Positions 8,995 to 18,475 of a DNA stretch of 64,000 nucleotides are shown in pieces. This stretch comes from Spirochaetia bacterium (GTDB lineage: Bacteria > Spirochaetota > Spirochaetia > CADAEX01). A program made the translations under genes and the position numbers. The DNA lies in assembly GCA_963662795.1 (NCBI GenBank), contig OY759746.1, forward strand, positions 1,120,001-1,184,000. The letters run 5' to 3'. The stretch's first letter is position 1; each line of letters begins with the position of its first letter. The notes under the pieces are model-generated. The model saw only the letters and a list, made by a program, of their open reading frames with translations, did not search any database and was not told the DNA's origin.

Positions 8995-10755
8995 TTAAAC
9001 AATTGGAATCTTATCACTGGTTCTGTAAGGGAGAATTACCCTGAACACAGTTTCATGTTTATTACTTTCAACCTGAATTGTTCCGTAGTGTCTTTCTATA
9101 ATCAATTTTGTTAACGCAAGACCTAACCCGGTACCATCTTTCTTTGTAGTGTAAAAAGGTTCGAATATTTTCCTTATATTTTCATCAGGAATTTCGCTTC
9201 CGGTATTTCTGAATTCCATGACAACGTTTGATTCCTTTATTTTAGTGGAGATATTAAGAAATCCTCCGTCAGGCATTGCCTGAATTGCATTGATTATAAA
9301 ATTTATAAAGCAAATACGTATTTTTTCTCCATCCAGATATACTGCAGGAAGTCTATTTTCAAGATTGCATTCAAGCTTTATATTCTGATGCTCAATATTA
9401 TACTTATACTGATTAACAATATTAAGCAGTATCGAATTAATATCATTTTTGGAAAAATGCATAGGCCCCGGTTTTGAAAACTCAAGTAAATCCTTTACAA
9501 GGTTATTAATTCGGTCAATTTCCTCGAGAATCGCGTTTACTTCCTGAATTCCTCCCTTATCAGAAAGATATCTGCTGCGGATTATCTGAGACATCATTTT
9601 TATTGAACTTAAAGGATTTCTGATTTCATGGGCAAGACCGGCCGACAGTTGTCCGACTGCCGCAAGTTTGGCAGACTTTATCATATCATCCTGAAGTTTT
9701 ATTATCTGTTTATTGTACTTGTGAATCTTTCTGGACAGGTTATTGATGCTTTCCGCTATTATCCTGAATTCATCATTGGATTTTATGTCAACAATAGGAT
9801 CATCACTGCTGAGGCTGAAATTATTAATACCGTCTATGATTTTGCCGAGAGATGTATTTATGTTATTCGCAAGAACCAGATAAGCTAAAAGGGAAAGCGT
9901 GAAACCTATCATAATCATCAGGAAAAGCAGATTACCCATATAAGAAAAATACTGATCGTTGCTTTTTTCCTTAATAAACAGATTGATTGCTCCCCAGTAC
10001 CTGTCCTCTTCCGAGTATAGGGCTTTAAGCATAAAATAGTATTTATTACCCTCAATTTCCTCTTCAAATACAAGTCTGTCTTTTTCCTGTAACTGCTTAA
10101 TCCTGTGATCTTCAATTATTTCAAATCCCTGATACGTAGAGATAATTTTGCTGTTTCCCCAGTAAATACCGTTATCCAGCCCTGTAAGTTTTCTCATATT
10201 TTCTACCAGGTCTTTAGAGAAAAGCGATCCAATCATTAAAAGGCTTATAATCTCCCCGTTTTTCTCCACAGGGGCTACCGCACGTATGGCTAACCCTGAT
10301 TTTCCGCTTTCATAGCTTACAATATTTTTACCGGCAAGCCCTGCCTTTACTATGTTCTGGTCTATTTTCAGGTCACCGCTTTTTGCCGGGTCATGCCCTC
10401 TGATGAGAACTGTTCCGTCAGTCTTTTCAACTTCTATAATATCAAAAATTCCCATCCTGTAAAAATTGCTTAACCGCTTTTCAAGAAGATCAAGGTTGCG
10501 GTTCGATATAAGATCAATTATTTCACTGTCTTTTGATAAGGTTTTAACCGCATTCAGACAGTCATCTTCCTTGAACATAATTTCGTTATAGTAAGCGGTT
10601 ATGCTGTCTTCAAGCCTGACGATATAGGCCTTCTTTACTGAGCTTTTTATCAGCCAGTAACCTATTGAAACAGAAGTAATTGTCGTTACAAGAATTATAA
10701 AAATAAATGAGATGAATATTTTAATATTAAGTCTGTACCTGAGAAAGTAACCCAT
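8995..10755 (-). CDS. Membrane sensor histidine kinase (Cache-like periplasmic domain, HAMP)
   Basis: Two TM segments, H-box LAHEIRNPL, N-box NAIQA and G-boxes GTGLGL. Confidence 0.93.
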   Translation of the reverse strand: MGYFLRYRLNIKIFISFIFIILVTTITSVSIGYWLIKSSVKKAYIVRLEDSITAYYNEIMFKEDDCLNAVKTLSKDSEIIDLISNRNLDLLEKRLSNFYRMGIFDIIEVEKTDGTVLIRGHDPAKSGDLKIDQNIVKAGLAGKNIVSYESGKSGLAIRAVAPVEKNGEIISLLMIGSLFSKDLVENMRKLTGLDNGIYWGNSKIISTYQGFEIIEDHRIKQLQEKDRLVFEEEIEGNKYYFMLKALYSEEDRYWGAINLFIKEKSNDQYFSYMGNLLFLMIMIGFTLSLLAYLVLANNINTSLGKIIDGINNFSLSSDDPIVDIKSNDEFRIIAESINNLSRKIHKYNKQIIKLQDDMIKSAKLAAVGQLSAGLAHEIRNPLSSIKMMSQIIRSRYLSDKGGIQEVNAILEEIDRINNLVKDLLEFSKPGPMHFSKNDINSILLNIVNQYKYNIEHQNIKLECNLENRLPAVYLDGEKIRICFINFIINAIQAMPDGGFLNISTKIKESNVVMEFRNTGSEIPDENIRKIFEPFYTTKKDGTGLGLALTKLIIERHYGTIQVESNKHETVFRVILPYRTSDKIPIV

Positions 10756-10817
10756 ATTGGATTTTATGATATTTGAGAATAAATGTATATATTTCTGTTA
10801 ATTCACACGATCAGACT

Positions 10818-10890
10818 CTAACACAATTTTAAAGATCCTAACTGAATTTTAACATTTTTTATAGACATATATCAATCTATCCGCTATAAT
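10818..10890 (+). promoter_or_regulatory. Sigma-70 promoter with upstream 11-bp-spaced direct repeats (pho-box-like)
   Basis: TAGACA-N17-TATAAT at 10862-10890, preceded by CTAACACAATTTTAA and CTAACTGAATTTTAAC. Confidence 0.55.
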
Positions 10891-10934
10891 CGTTCAATTT
10901 TACAGGAACAAATTTTAATGAAGGAGTAGACTCT

Positions 10935-11579
10935 ATGGCTAAATTGTGGAAAAAACAGGAATCAGTTTTTTCAAAGATTAAGATTTATTTTGAAAAAGCG
11001 GATTTGACACGCGATGTATTTAAAAAAACTATTGCAGATCTAATCAGACAGACACCTGACGTCGATTTTGGAGAGGCAGTGGAACTGGTACATGCGGCAG
11101 AACATGAAGCAGATATCAAGAGAAGGGAAGTTATTACGGAACTTTACCGGAAAGCTTTGATACCGGGATCCAGAGGTGATGTTCTTGGGCTGCTGGAAAA
11201 TTTTGATCAGCTTCCCAATACTTTCCAGAAGATATGCAACCAAATATACTTCCAGAATGTAGTATTTCCTGAAAACTTCAGGGAAAGAATCATTGACCTT
11301 ATAAATGTAAATATTGATGCATATAATCTCACCAAAGATGCAGCATTCTGTCTTTTTGATGAGGCGGATCTGGTAAATAAAACTGAACTCATTTGCGAAA
11401 AGGAAAGAGAATCAGATGCAAGGGAAAGAGGACTTACACGTGATATCTTTAACACGGATATGGAACTTGCCCTTAAAATGCTTTACAAGCAGATTATCAT
11501 TTCCATAGGTAATATTTCAGACATAGCAGAAGATATTTCAGACAGGGTTGAAATAGCTGTCATAAAAAGGAGACTATAA
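10935..11579 (+). CDS. DUF47 family phosphate transport regulator
   Basis: AEHEADIKRREV, LIPGSRGDVLGL, ERESD and IGNISDIAEDISDR; lies directly upstream of pit. Confidence 0.9.
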   Translation: MAKLWKKQESVFSKIKIYFEKADLTRDVFKKTIADLIRQTPDVDFGEAVELVHAAEHEADIKRREVITELYRKALIPGSRGDVLGLLENFDQLPNTFQKICNQIYFQNVVFPENFRERIIDLINVNIDAYNLTKDAAFCLFDEADLVNKTELICEKERESDARERGLTRDIFNTDMELALKMLYKQIIISIGNISDIAEDISDRVEIAVIKRRL

Positions 11580-11582
11580 TAA

Positions 11583-12524
11583 ATGTTCAGGCTGTTAAGC
11601 GGAATATTTATGGGCTGGTCTCTAGGTGCCAATGATTCCGCTAATATATTTGGCACGGCTGTCTATTCAAGAATGATCAGGTTCAAGACAGCTTTATTCT
11701 GGCTTTGTATTTTTATTGTTTTAGGGTCAATGCTGCAGGGCGCGGCAGGGATGCATACATTAAGCGGTCTCGTTGTGCAGAATATGAATACCGCTTTTAT
11801 TACAGCGTTTGCTGCTGCATTGACTGTTACTGTTATGACGTTTTATGGTCTTCCGGTATCAACTTCCCAGGCAATGGTCGGGGCGATAATGGGGATTGGG
11901 GTTGTAATCGGACAGATTGATTTTTCAAAACTTCCAAAAGTTTTTGCATGCTGGGTTGGTACACCGGTAGGATGTGTTATTGCAACAGTAATACTGTATC
12001 CGCTTCTGAGTAAGCTTTTTTCAATTCTTAAAATGAATATATTCAGGCAGGATTCTGTACTCAGATGGGGACTTATAGCAGTAGGCTGTTACGGGGCATA
12101 TTCTTTGGGAGCCAATAACGTAGCTAATGTCACAGGCATATACATCGAAACAGGTCTTCTTAATGTAACCCAGGCGCTGATTCTCGGCAGCCTCAGCATC
12201 TGTATCGGGGCAATTACCTACAGCAGAAAAGTAATGATGACAGTCGGGGAAAAGCTTGTAAGACTTGACGCCTTCAGCGCATTCGTTGCTGTTCTCTCAA
12301 TGTCGATAATATTAAATATTTATGCAGTAGTAGGCGTACCGGTTTCTTCGTCACAGGCGATAGTCGGAAGTGTACTAGGTATAGGTATTGTTAAAGGTGT
12401 TAAAACCATCAACATAAGGACCTTAATAAATATTGTAATAGGATGGCTGACAACTCCAGTAATTGCAATGATAGTATCAATTGCATTATATGTCGGAGCA
12501 ATAAAAATACTTGGGATAAACTGA
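11583..12524 (+). CDS. pit: Inorganic phosphate transporter (PiT family)
   Basis: GANDSAN and GANNVAN signatures; PVSTSQA and PVSSSQA. Confidence 0.92.
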   Translation: MFRLLSGIFMGWSLGANDSANIFGTAVYSRMIRFKTALFWLCIFIVLGSMLQGAAGMHTLSGLVVQNMNTAFITAFAAALTVTVMTFYGLPVSTSQAMVGAIMGIGVVIGQIDFSKLPKVFACWVGTPVGCVIATVILYPLLSKLFSILKMNIFRQDSVLRWGLIAVGCYGAYSLGANNVANVTGIYIETGLLNVTQALILGSLSICIGAITYSRKVMMTVGEKLVRLDAFSAFVAVLSMSIILNIYAVVGVPVSSSQAIVGSVLGIGIVKGVKTINIRTLINIVIGWLTTPVIAMIVSIALYVGAIKILGIN

Positions 12525-12539
12525 TTATCATTTTAATAC

Positions 12540-12575
12540 ATAAGCCTGCGGCTGTTTACCGGAGGCTTATTTTTT
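12540..12575 (+). terminator. Terminator after pit
   Basis: ATAAGCCT...AGGCTTAT stem followed by a T-run. Confidence 0.7.
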
Positions 12576-12591
12576 GCTACCTTAAAAATAT

Positions 12592-13086
12592 ATGAATGAA
12601 GAAATAATCCAGCTTTGCGACCTGAAGGGAACCCCCTGCGGCACCTCTCCCAGATCAGTCTGCCACAAAGATCCGTCACTTATACAGATGGTAGTTCACC
12701 TTATGGTAATGAATTCAGGAGGCAGCTTTTTTCTTCAAAAAAGGGCTTTTTCCAAAGAGGCCTTTCCCGGATACTGGGACACATCTGTCGGAGGGCACGT
12801 AAGCGGCGGGGAAAACCTGATGCAGGCGCTGAAACGCGAGGCTGATGAGGAGATAGGGATTGAATTAATCCATGCAGATTTTGTCTTTAAAAAGCTGTAT
12901 TTTATGGAAAATGAAACAGAGATGTCTTTCTTTTATAAAACTGTTTATGACGGTCCTTTCAGGATAGACAATGACGAAGTCACAGAAGGACGCTTCTTTA
13001 CAGCCGGAGAAATAAGTCCCCTGATAGGCACGAATATATTTACTCCAAGCCTTGAAAACGGGTTTTTGGCTATTTCAGGCAATTAA
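12592..13086 (+). CDS. NUDIX hydrolase (IPP isomerase/YfcD-like)
   Basis: LQKRA, PGYWDTSVGGHV and Nudix box GENLMQALKREADEEIG. Confidence 0.85.
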   Translation: MNEEIIQLCDLKGTPCGTSPRSVCHKDPSLIQMVVHLMVMNSGGSFFLQKRAFSKEAFPGYWDTSVGGHVSGGENLMQALKREADEEIGIELIHADFVFKKLYFMENETEMSFFYKTVYDGPFRIDNDEVTEGRFFTAGEISPLIGTNIFTPSLENGFLAISGN

Positions 13087-13988
13087 AACATAGGAGTCGG
13101 ATAAATATTTGACCACTGATTAACAAGGTCCAGAAAATCCTTGAGCGGTTTTGAAAAATACTTGTCGCTGTGATATATCATGTAATACTTTCTCCTAAAA
13201 TTTTTGTCCTCAACCGGAACAGCGACAAGCCGGCCGCTGGCAACTTCTTCCGTAACCATATTATTGGATATAAAAGCAACACCCATTTCATGCTGGACAA
13301 GCCGCTTTATTGCTTCACTGTTTGATATTTCATAATTCACATTCACATCAATTTTATACTTTCTTATAAAACTGTCTGTTATTTTCCTGGTCACAGACCC
13401 TTTCTCGTGAAGAATCAGGTTGCATCCCTGGAGGTCGGCAATCTCGAGCCTGTCCCGTCTGGTCAGCGGGAAAGCAGGGTTTGCGATCAGGACAATATTG
13501 TCCTCAAGAACTTCATGCACAGATATTTTGGGATTCTGGATCGGTTTTGATATGAATCCTATATCATTATTCAGGTCAGCTGTATTCTCAATAATACTGT
13601 CATTATGCCCAATCATGACTGAAATATTTATATCCTGATTGGTTCTTTTATAGTATTTAATGATGTAGGGAATATAATAGGCCCCGAAGCTTTCACAGGA
13701 AAGGATATTGATTTTACCCTTGCTGTATTGCTGAAAATCCCTGATACTTTCCTCAGCCTGGCTTTCCATATCAAATATTTTATCTGCGATACTGTATAAA
13801 TGCTCGCCGGCATCAGTCAGAACAACTTTTTTACCGATAATATCGAGGAATTTAAGGTCATAATGACTCTGGAGCTGTTTAATCTGTTTGGTAACAGCAG
13901 GCTGAGTGATGCAAAGAACATCAGCGGCTTTTGTGAGACTTTTATACTTTGCTGTATAATAAAATGTCTTTAAATGATAGAGATTCAT
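13083..13988 (-). CDS. LysR family transcriptional regulator
   Basis: SLTKAADVLCITQPAVTKQIKQL HTH, LTDAG and substrate-binding domain. Confidence 0.93.
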   Translation of the reverse strand: MNLYHLKTFYYTAKYKSLTKAADVLCITQPAVTKQIKQLQSHYDLKFLDIIGKKVVLTDAGEHLYSIADKIFDMESQAEESIRDFQQYSKGKINILSCESFGAYYIPYIIKYYKRTNQDINISVMIGHNDSIIENTADLNNDIGFISKPIQNPKISVHEVLEDNIVLIANPAFPLTRRDRLEIADLQGCNLILHEKGSVTRKITDSFIRKYKIDVNVNYEISNSEAIKRLVQHEMGVAFISNNMVTEEVASGRLVAVPVEDKNFRRKYYMIYHSDKYFSKPLKDFLDLVNQWSNIYPTPMF

Positions 13989-14024
13989 AACTATTGTTCA
14001 TGTTAATGATTACCCAACCGGCAG

Positions 14025-14741
14025 TCAAGTATATTTTAAGATATTATCAAGCTCCAGAAGCGCTTCAAGCCGGTTTATCTCGGGAACCTGAAAAGCGGGC
14101 TCAGGCCAGTTTCTTTCAACTGAATAATGCTTCAGCCAGACAGGGTTTAGGCCGGCGTTTTTACTGCCTTCAATGTCAATTTTCATATCATCCCCGATAA
14201 ATACCGCTTCTTCTCCCTTTACTCCCAGTTTTTCAAGTATTATCCGGAAAGGGACCGGGTCAGGTTTTGCAGGGATATCACCTTCCCCGGCAATAACAAT
14301 AGCGTCAAACAAGACTTCAAGCTTTCTATATTCTTCGTTATCAAGAGCTTTTGTGCTCCCGTCTTTCTGCGAGTTTGAAACCATACCCAGTTTATATTTT
14401 GTTTTAAGTTTTTCAAGTACACTGACCGTTTCGGGAAAGAGACGCATGCTGCTCCCTACAATCTTCCAGTATTCATCTTCAAGCTGCATCAAAAAACCTT
14501 CATCAACCGAAGCTTTATACTTTGAACACAGCGTTATCCATACATTTTTCCTTGAAAAATCAGATCTGCTAAAATGTTCTTTTCTCTCTTTACGGTAATC
14601 CTCAATATATTCATCCCAGGAGATGCCGATGGTTCCGATTCTTTCAAACAGATCTCTTTGTGATTTTTTTTCTGCAGTTTTATATCCGTCTGCGGCTGAT
14701 CCAAGAGTCTGAACAAAATCAAAAACTATGGCTTTTATCAT
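14025..14741 (-). CDS. HAD-superfamily hydrolase (subfamily IA, atypical motif I)
   Basis: IVFDFVQT, MVSN, KPDP and FIGDDMKIDIEG. Start placed at the ATG after SD AGGAG. Confidence 0.85.
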   Translation of the reverse strand: MIKAIVFDFVQTLGSAADGYKTAEKKSQRDLFERIGTIGISWDEYIEDYRKERKEHFSRSDFSRKNVWITLCSKYKASVDEGFLMQLEDEYWKIVGSSMRLFPETVSVLEKLKTKYKLGMVSNSQKDGSTKALDNEEYRKLEVLFDAIVIAGEGDIPAKPDPVPFRIILEKLGVKGEEAVFIGDDMKIDIEGSKNAGLNPVWLKHYSVERNWPEPAFQVPEINRLEALLELDNILKYT

Positions 14742-14806
14742 ATTCTTCACTCCTGTTTATATTCACACTGCCGGAATATTTACATTTTTTTCCATAGCCG
14801 GATTAC

Positions 14807-14833
14807 AAAAACGGGCTCCTCAGGGAGCCCGTT
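14807..14833 (-). terminator. Terminator after aldehyde dehydrogenase
   Basis: AACGGGCTCC-CTGA-GGAGCCCGTT followed by Ts on the minus strand. Confidence 0.8.
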
Positions 14834-14865
14834 GCAGTTAGTTCGCTAAAAATCAATCTATAGCA

Positions 14866-16257
14866 TTAACCAATCAGTTTTTTAGCCTTTTCAAGATATG
14901 GACCATAAACTTCTTCATCTGTCGGCACATACTCAGGTATAGGAACAGCCATTCTCGTGGTATTCATAAAATGCCTGTAGTTGATGTTATCGCTGTGACT
15001 GTTGCCTGTCCATGTTCCGCAGCCGATTGTTGTTGTAAATTCGTGACCGGCGAAAAAGCTGCCGCTGTTTACAATTGTATTCGGCATATTGATATTTACC
15101 CTTCCGGTTGGAATATATTCGGCAAGCCTTTCCCACTGCTGGGGTTTTGCGGAATGAAGTGCGCATGAATGCCCGATTCCGGAGAAGAGCAGATTCTTTT
15201 TGAGAGTTTTGATTTCCTCTTCAAAATCTGTCCATGTCCATACGGTAAGGACAAGGGAGAGCTTTTCATTTGAAAACATGTCTTCAGGTCCGATTTTTTG
15301 CCCTTTTACCATAATGAATTTTGTCCCTTCAGGAACAGAAATGCCTGCAATTTTTGCAATATTCTGAACAGAAGATGCAACAATATCCCTGTTAAGGGTG
15401 TGTCCGTCAGGCCACATTGCTTTTCTGAGTTTTTCCCTGTCTTCATCGCTTAAAAGGAATCCGCCTACTTTTTTAAGCTCTTCCATCATTTTGTCATATA
15501 CTGAAACATGAATCGATACAGCATTTTCTGATGAGCATGATGTTGCATTGTCAAAAATCTTTGATCTCATAACACAGTCAGCAGCTTTTGCAAGATCAGC
15601 TGAAGGATCAATAATTGCCCTTACATTGCCTGCACCTACGGTGATGGCTGGAGTACCGGCTGCATGAACAACCTTGATAAGGGCTTTTCCGCCTGTAGCG
15701 ACTGCAAAATCACATGTTGACATGAGTTCTACTGTTTTTTCGTTTGTAGGCTCTTCAATGCAGAGCATCAGATCCTCAGGAGCTCCGAATGCCTTGAGTG
15801 CTTTTCTTCCATATTCAACAGTTCTGAATGTAGACTGCTTTGTTCTCGGATGGGGCGAGCAGATCATGGCATTCCTTGTTTTAAGAAGTGAAAGGCCGAT
15901 AAAACAGGTTGTTATCGTCGGGTTGGTACAGGGGACGACATTGGCAACAACACCGATCGGTTTGGCGTATGTCTTGATTCCCTTTTCTTTATCATCTTTA
16001 ATGAGACCGCAGGTTTTCTTCCCTTTCATGTCCCACATTATTCCTCTTATCTTGTTAGCCTTTTTTACCTTGTCTTCATAAACACCCATTCCGGATTCGT
16101 CAACTGCAAGTTTTGCAACTTCGCGGGCAAAGTCTTCCTTCTGCCACTGCCATGCGACTACCGCAAGCATTTCATCAACCTTTTCCTGGGGCCAGAATTC
16201 TATTACCTCAAATGCTTTTCTGGCTCTGGCATACATCTCTTTAATATTATCAGCCAT
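14866..16257 (-). CDS. CoA-acylating aldehyde dehydrogenase (SauS/SucD-like)
   Basis: PIGVVANVVPCTNP, ATGG, GAGN, SKIFDNATSCSSEN (catalytic Cys), EKLS, GHS and GCGTW. Confidence 0.85.
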   Translation of the reverse strand: MADNIKEMYARARKAFEVIEFWPQEKVDEMLAVVAWQWQKEDFAREVAKLAVDESGMGVYEDKVKKANKIRGIMWDMKGKKTCGLIKDDKEKGIKTYAKPIGVVANVVPCTNPTITTCFIGLSLLKTRNAMICSPHPRTKQSTFRTVEYGRKALKAFGAPEDLMLCIEEPTNEKTVELMSTCDFAVATGGKALIKVVHAAGTPAITVGAGNVRAIIDPSADLAKAADCVMRSKIFDNATSCSSENAVSIHVSVYDKMMEELKKVGGFLLSDEDREKLRKAMWPDGHTLNRDIVASSVQNIAKIAGISVPEGTKFIMVKGQKIGPEDMFSNEKLSLVLTVWTWTDFEEEIKTLKKNLLFSGIGHSCALHSAKPQQWERLAEYIPTGRVNINMPNTIVNSGSFFAGHEFTTTIGCGTWTGNSHSDNINYRHFMNTTRMAVPIPEYVPTDEEVYGPYLEKAKKLIG

Positions 16258-16285
16258 TTCCTTAAATCTCCTTGTTTACACCTGA

Positions 16286-16387
16286 CATTACCCCGGTAAT
16301 TTACCAGGGTAATGGTTGTTTTTCAGATACTTAAATTCCTGTTGTGCAGGTTTATAACTGCAGGACGTTTGTAAAAACATCCTGCAG
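16286..16387. repeat. Two intercistronic hairpins
   Basis: CATTACCCCGGTAA/TTACCAGGGTAATG (16286-16314) and CTGCAGGACGTTT/AAACATCCTGCAG (16358-16387), each with one mismatch. Confidence 0.7.
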
Positions 16388-16400
16388 ATTCATTAGAATA

Positions 16401-17465
16401 CTATTTTTTTGAAACACTGGCCTTTCTTGGGTCCTCAATAACATACGGTATAGAGTAAGCTGAACCTTTGAGTCTTTCCATTTCTTTCCAGCCTTTATCC
16501 CAATCCTTGGCAGTCTGATACTGTGTCCCTTTTTCCGGTCTTTCAGAAAGCGCAGGAACCGGCTTGTCAACCGGACCGTCATACCACTCTTTCGGAGTAA
16601 GTGTCTGGCCAAGAACGTCTGAAGATTCTCTTTCCATCTCTTCAATTGCATGGGAACCTGCAGCAAAGGCCCTTGTAACTGACAAAACACACCAGGCAGC
16701 ATCGCTTGAAAACTCAAGCTCCATCATTGCAGCTGACATTGCTCCTATCATATCGACTTCCACATAGCCAATCTTTTCCTTGGCAGCTTTAACTATTTCT
16801 TTCATAAGTGGAACATATCTGAGTTTTTTTACGCCTTTAAGTTTTTTCTCTGCAAAATCAAGAAGCTTTGAAGGTGTTGGATCTTTTACATAAAGATCTG
16901 AAACACCGAAATGGTCTTCATACTTGCATTCATCTACGCAAAGTTTTGCAGCATCTGCAAGACTCATTCCTTCTTCTACTTTTGCAGCATATTTTGCAAG
17001 CATCTTTCCTGTTGCGTCATATGAAGCATAGGAGTGGCCGAAAGCAAGAACTGAACCGCCGCAGGCCTGTGTTACATAAGACTTGCCTCTTGCGATAAGT
17101 CTTGCTATAAGGGCAGGATTTGAAAGTCCGTCTTCAAGGCCGAGAACCATTACATATTCAAGTACATCTTTCTCTTCCTTAAGAGGAATTCTTGCCTGAT
17201 AATCAATAAAGATAATATCACAAGTACCATAACCTGCTTCAACAAGTTCTGTTGTGTCATAACCTCTTGTGACAATCCTGTGGATATTCTTGTAGGCAAC
17301 TTCAGATACCCATTTAAATCCTTCACGGTTGTCCGGGGGAAGTGTACCGACCTCCCTGTTTGTATAGTCAAATTTCAACTTTGGACTTGCAAGGTTTCCA
17401 ATAGTAGGTCTCTTTGCAAATTTCATCTGTCCGATTCTTTCATCTGAATGTTTTACAGCGCCCAT
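16401..17465 (-). CDS. Citrate-synthase-fold / citryl-CoA lyase-like protein, subunit B (degenerate active site)
   Basis: W.SEV......IVTRGY, EDGLSNPA, KDPT and RAF...SHAIEE. Paralogous to the upstream gene and overlaps its stop. Confidence 0.65.
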   Translation of the reverse strand: MGAVKHSDERIGQMKFAKRPTIGNLASPKLKFDYTNREVGTLPPDNREGFKWVSEVAYKNIHRIVTRGYDTTELVEAGYGTCDIIFIDYQARIPLKEEKDVLEYVMVLGLEDGLSNPALIARLIARGKSYVTQACGGSVLAFGHSYASYDATGKMLAKYAAKVEEGMSLADAAKLCVDECKYEDHFGVSDLYVKDPTPSKLLDFAEKKLKGVKKLRYVPLMKEIVKAAKEKIGYVEVDMIGAMSAAMMELEFSSDAAWCVLSVTRAFAAGSHAIEEMERESSDVLGQTLTPKEWYDGPVDKPVPALSERPEKGTQYQTAKDWDKGWKEMERLKGSAYSIPYVIEDPRKASVSKK

Positions 17466-18349
17466 CTTTTATATTCTCCTGATTCTAACTGTTTCTTTGC
17501 ATAAGCCTGTCTTTCTGACATAGGAGGCACTTCCCTGTCTTCCGGACCCACATATTTGATCATGGCGAGGTCAAGCATCTGTACCATCGGTTCATTTCTT
17601 GATGCAGCCCAAGCCCTTCCTTTTTTAAGTGTATAAAGAGCGTGACATGCGCAGCTGAAACCTCTGGTCACACAGCCGATAACCCATGCTGCATTCGGAG
17701 CAAAACCCATATCAGCAAGTGCTACGTTTCCGGCTCCTACCATGTTAACTGCTACATAAGCTCTTCCTTCAGCAGCTCTTCTTGCGTAGAATTTCTCTTC
17801 AAGTGCTCTCTGGAATTTAAGGTAAACACCGCCTACTCCGAGTTCTTCCTGTTTGAGGTGTGTCGGTTCAGCTCTCGGATCACCGTCAAGGTGCTGGGGC
17901 TGTCCCATTCCCATAACCGCAAGGCCTGCATCCATGTACTCTGTTACGCATTCACCGGCAACCTGCTCAGGTGTTTTATCCTGTTTGACTGCCCTGTCAA
18001 GATATTTCTTGATCATGTATCCGTGAGCAGCTCCGGGTCCGTGCGCTCCGCCGAATGTCATTATTGATGATGCTACAGCCGCGGGAAGCATAGGGTGACC
18101 GTTAATAACTGCAATAGAACTTACTGCAGAAGGCGACATAGAGTGCTCAAGAAATTCAGCAACTTCGTAGTCAAGCATGGCTCTTTCATTTTCCGCAGGA
18201 ATCCTTCCCTGAAATAGCACAAACAGTGCGTCGGCAAAAGTGTAACCTGCCTCGGCAAGATCACTTACATTAAAACCCCTTAAAACTGTCTTTTCTTCTG
18301 TCTTGTAGGAAATGGCAGTTTTTCTCTGGATCAATGGTTTCCGATCCAT
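17453..18349 (-). CDS. Citrate-synthase-fold / citryl-CoA lyase-like protein, subunit A
   Basis: TAIS......VLRG, LFQGRIP, EHSMSPS, GGAHGPGA, GMGQ...DPRA and NMVGA; SD AGGAGG. Confidence 0.75.
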   Translation of the reverse strand: MDRKPLIQRKTAISYKTEEKTVLRGFNVSDLAEAGYTFADALFVLFQGRIPAENERAMLDYEVAEFLEHSMSPSAVSSIAVINGHPMLPAAVASSIMTFGGAHGPGAAHGYMIKKYLDRAVKQDKTPEQVAGECVTEYMDAGLAVMGMGQPQHLDGDPRAEPTHLKQEELGVGGVYLKFQRALEEKFYARRAAEGRAYVAVNMVGAGNVALADMGFAPNAAWVIGCVTRGFSCACHALYTLKKGRAWAASRNEPMVQMLDLAMIKYVGPEDREVPPMSERQAYAKKQLESGEYKRWAL

Positions 18350-18475
18350 TATCTCCTCCTATAAATTTTGACTCCAATAATATAATGACCCTGTCTGCAG
18401 CTGCATTATTTATCATTATTCACTGCAAATTAAGATCAATCATTTTTCTATAACAAAAGTTAGATTATTCAATAC

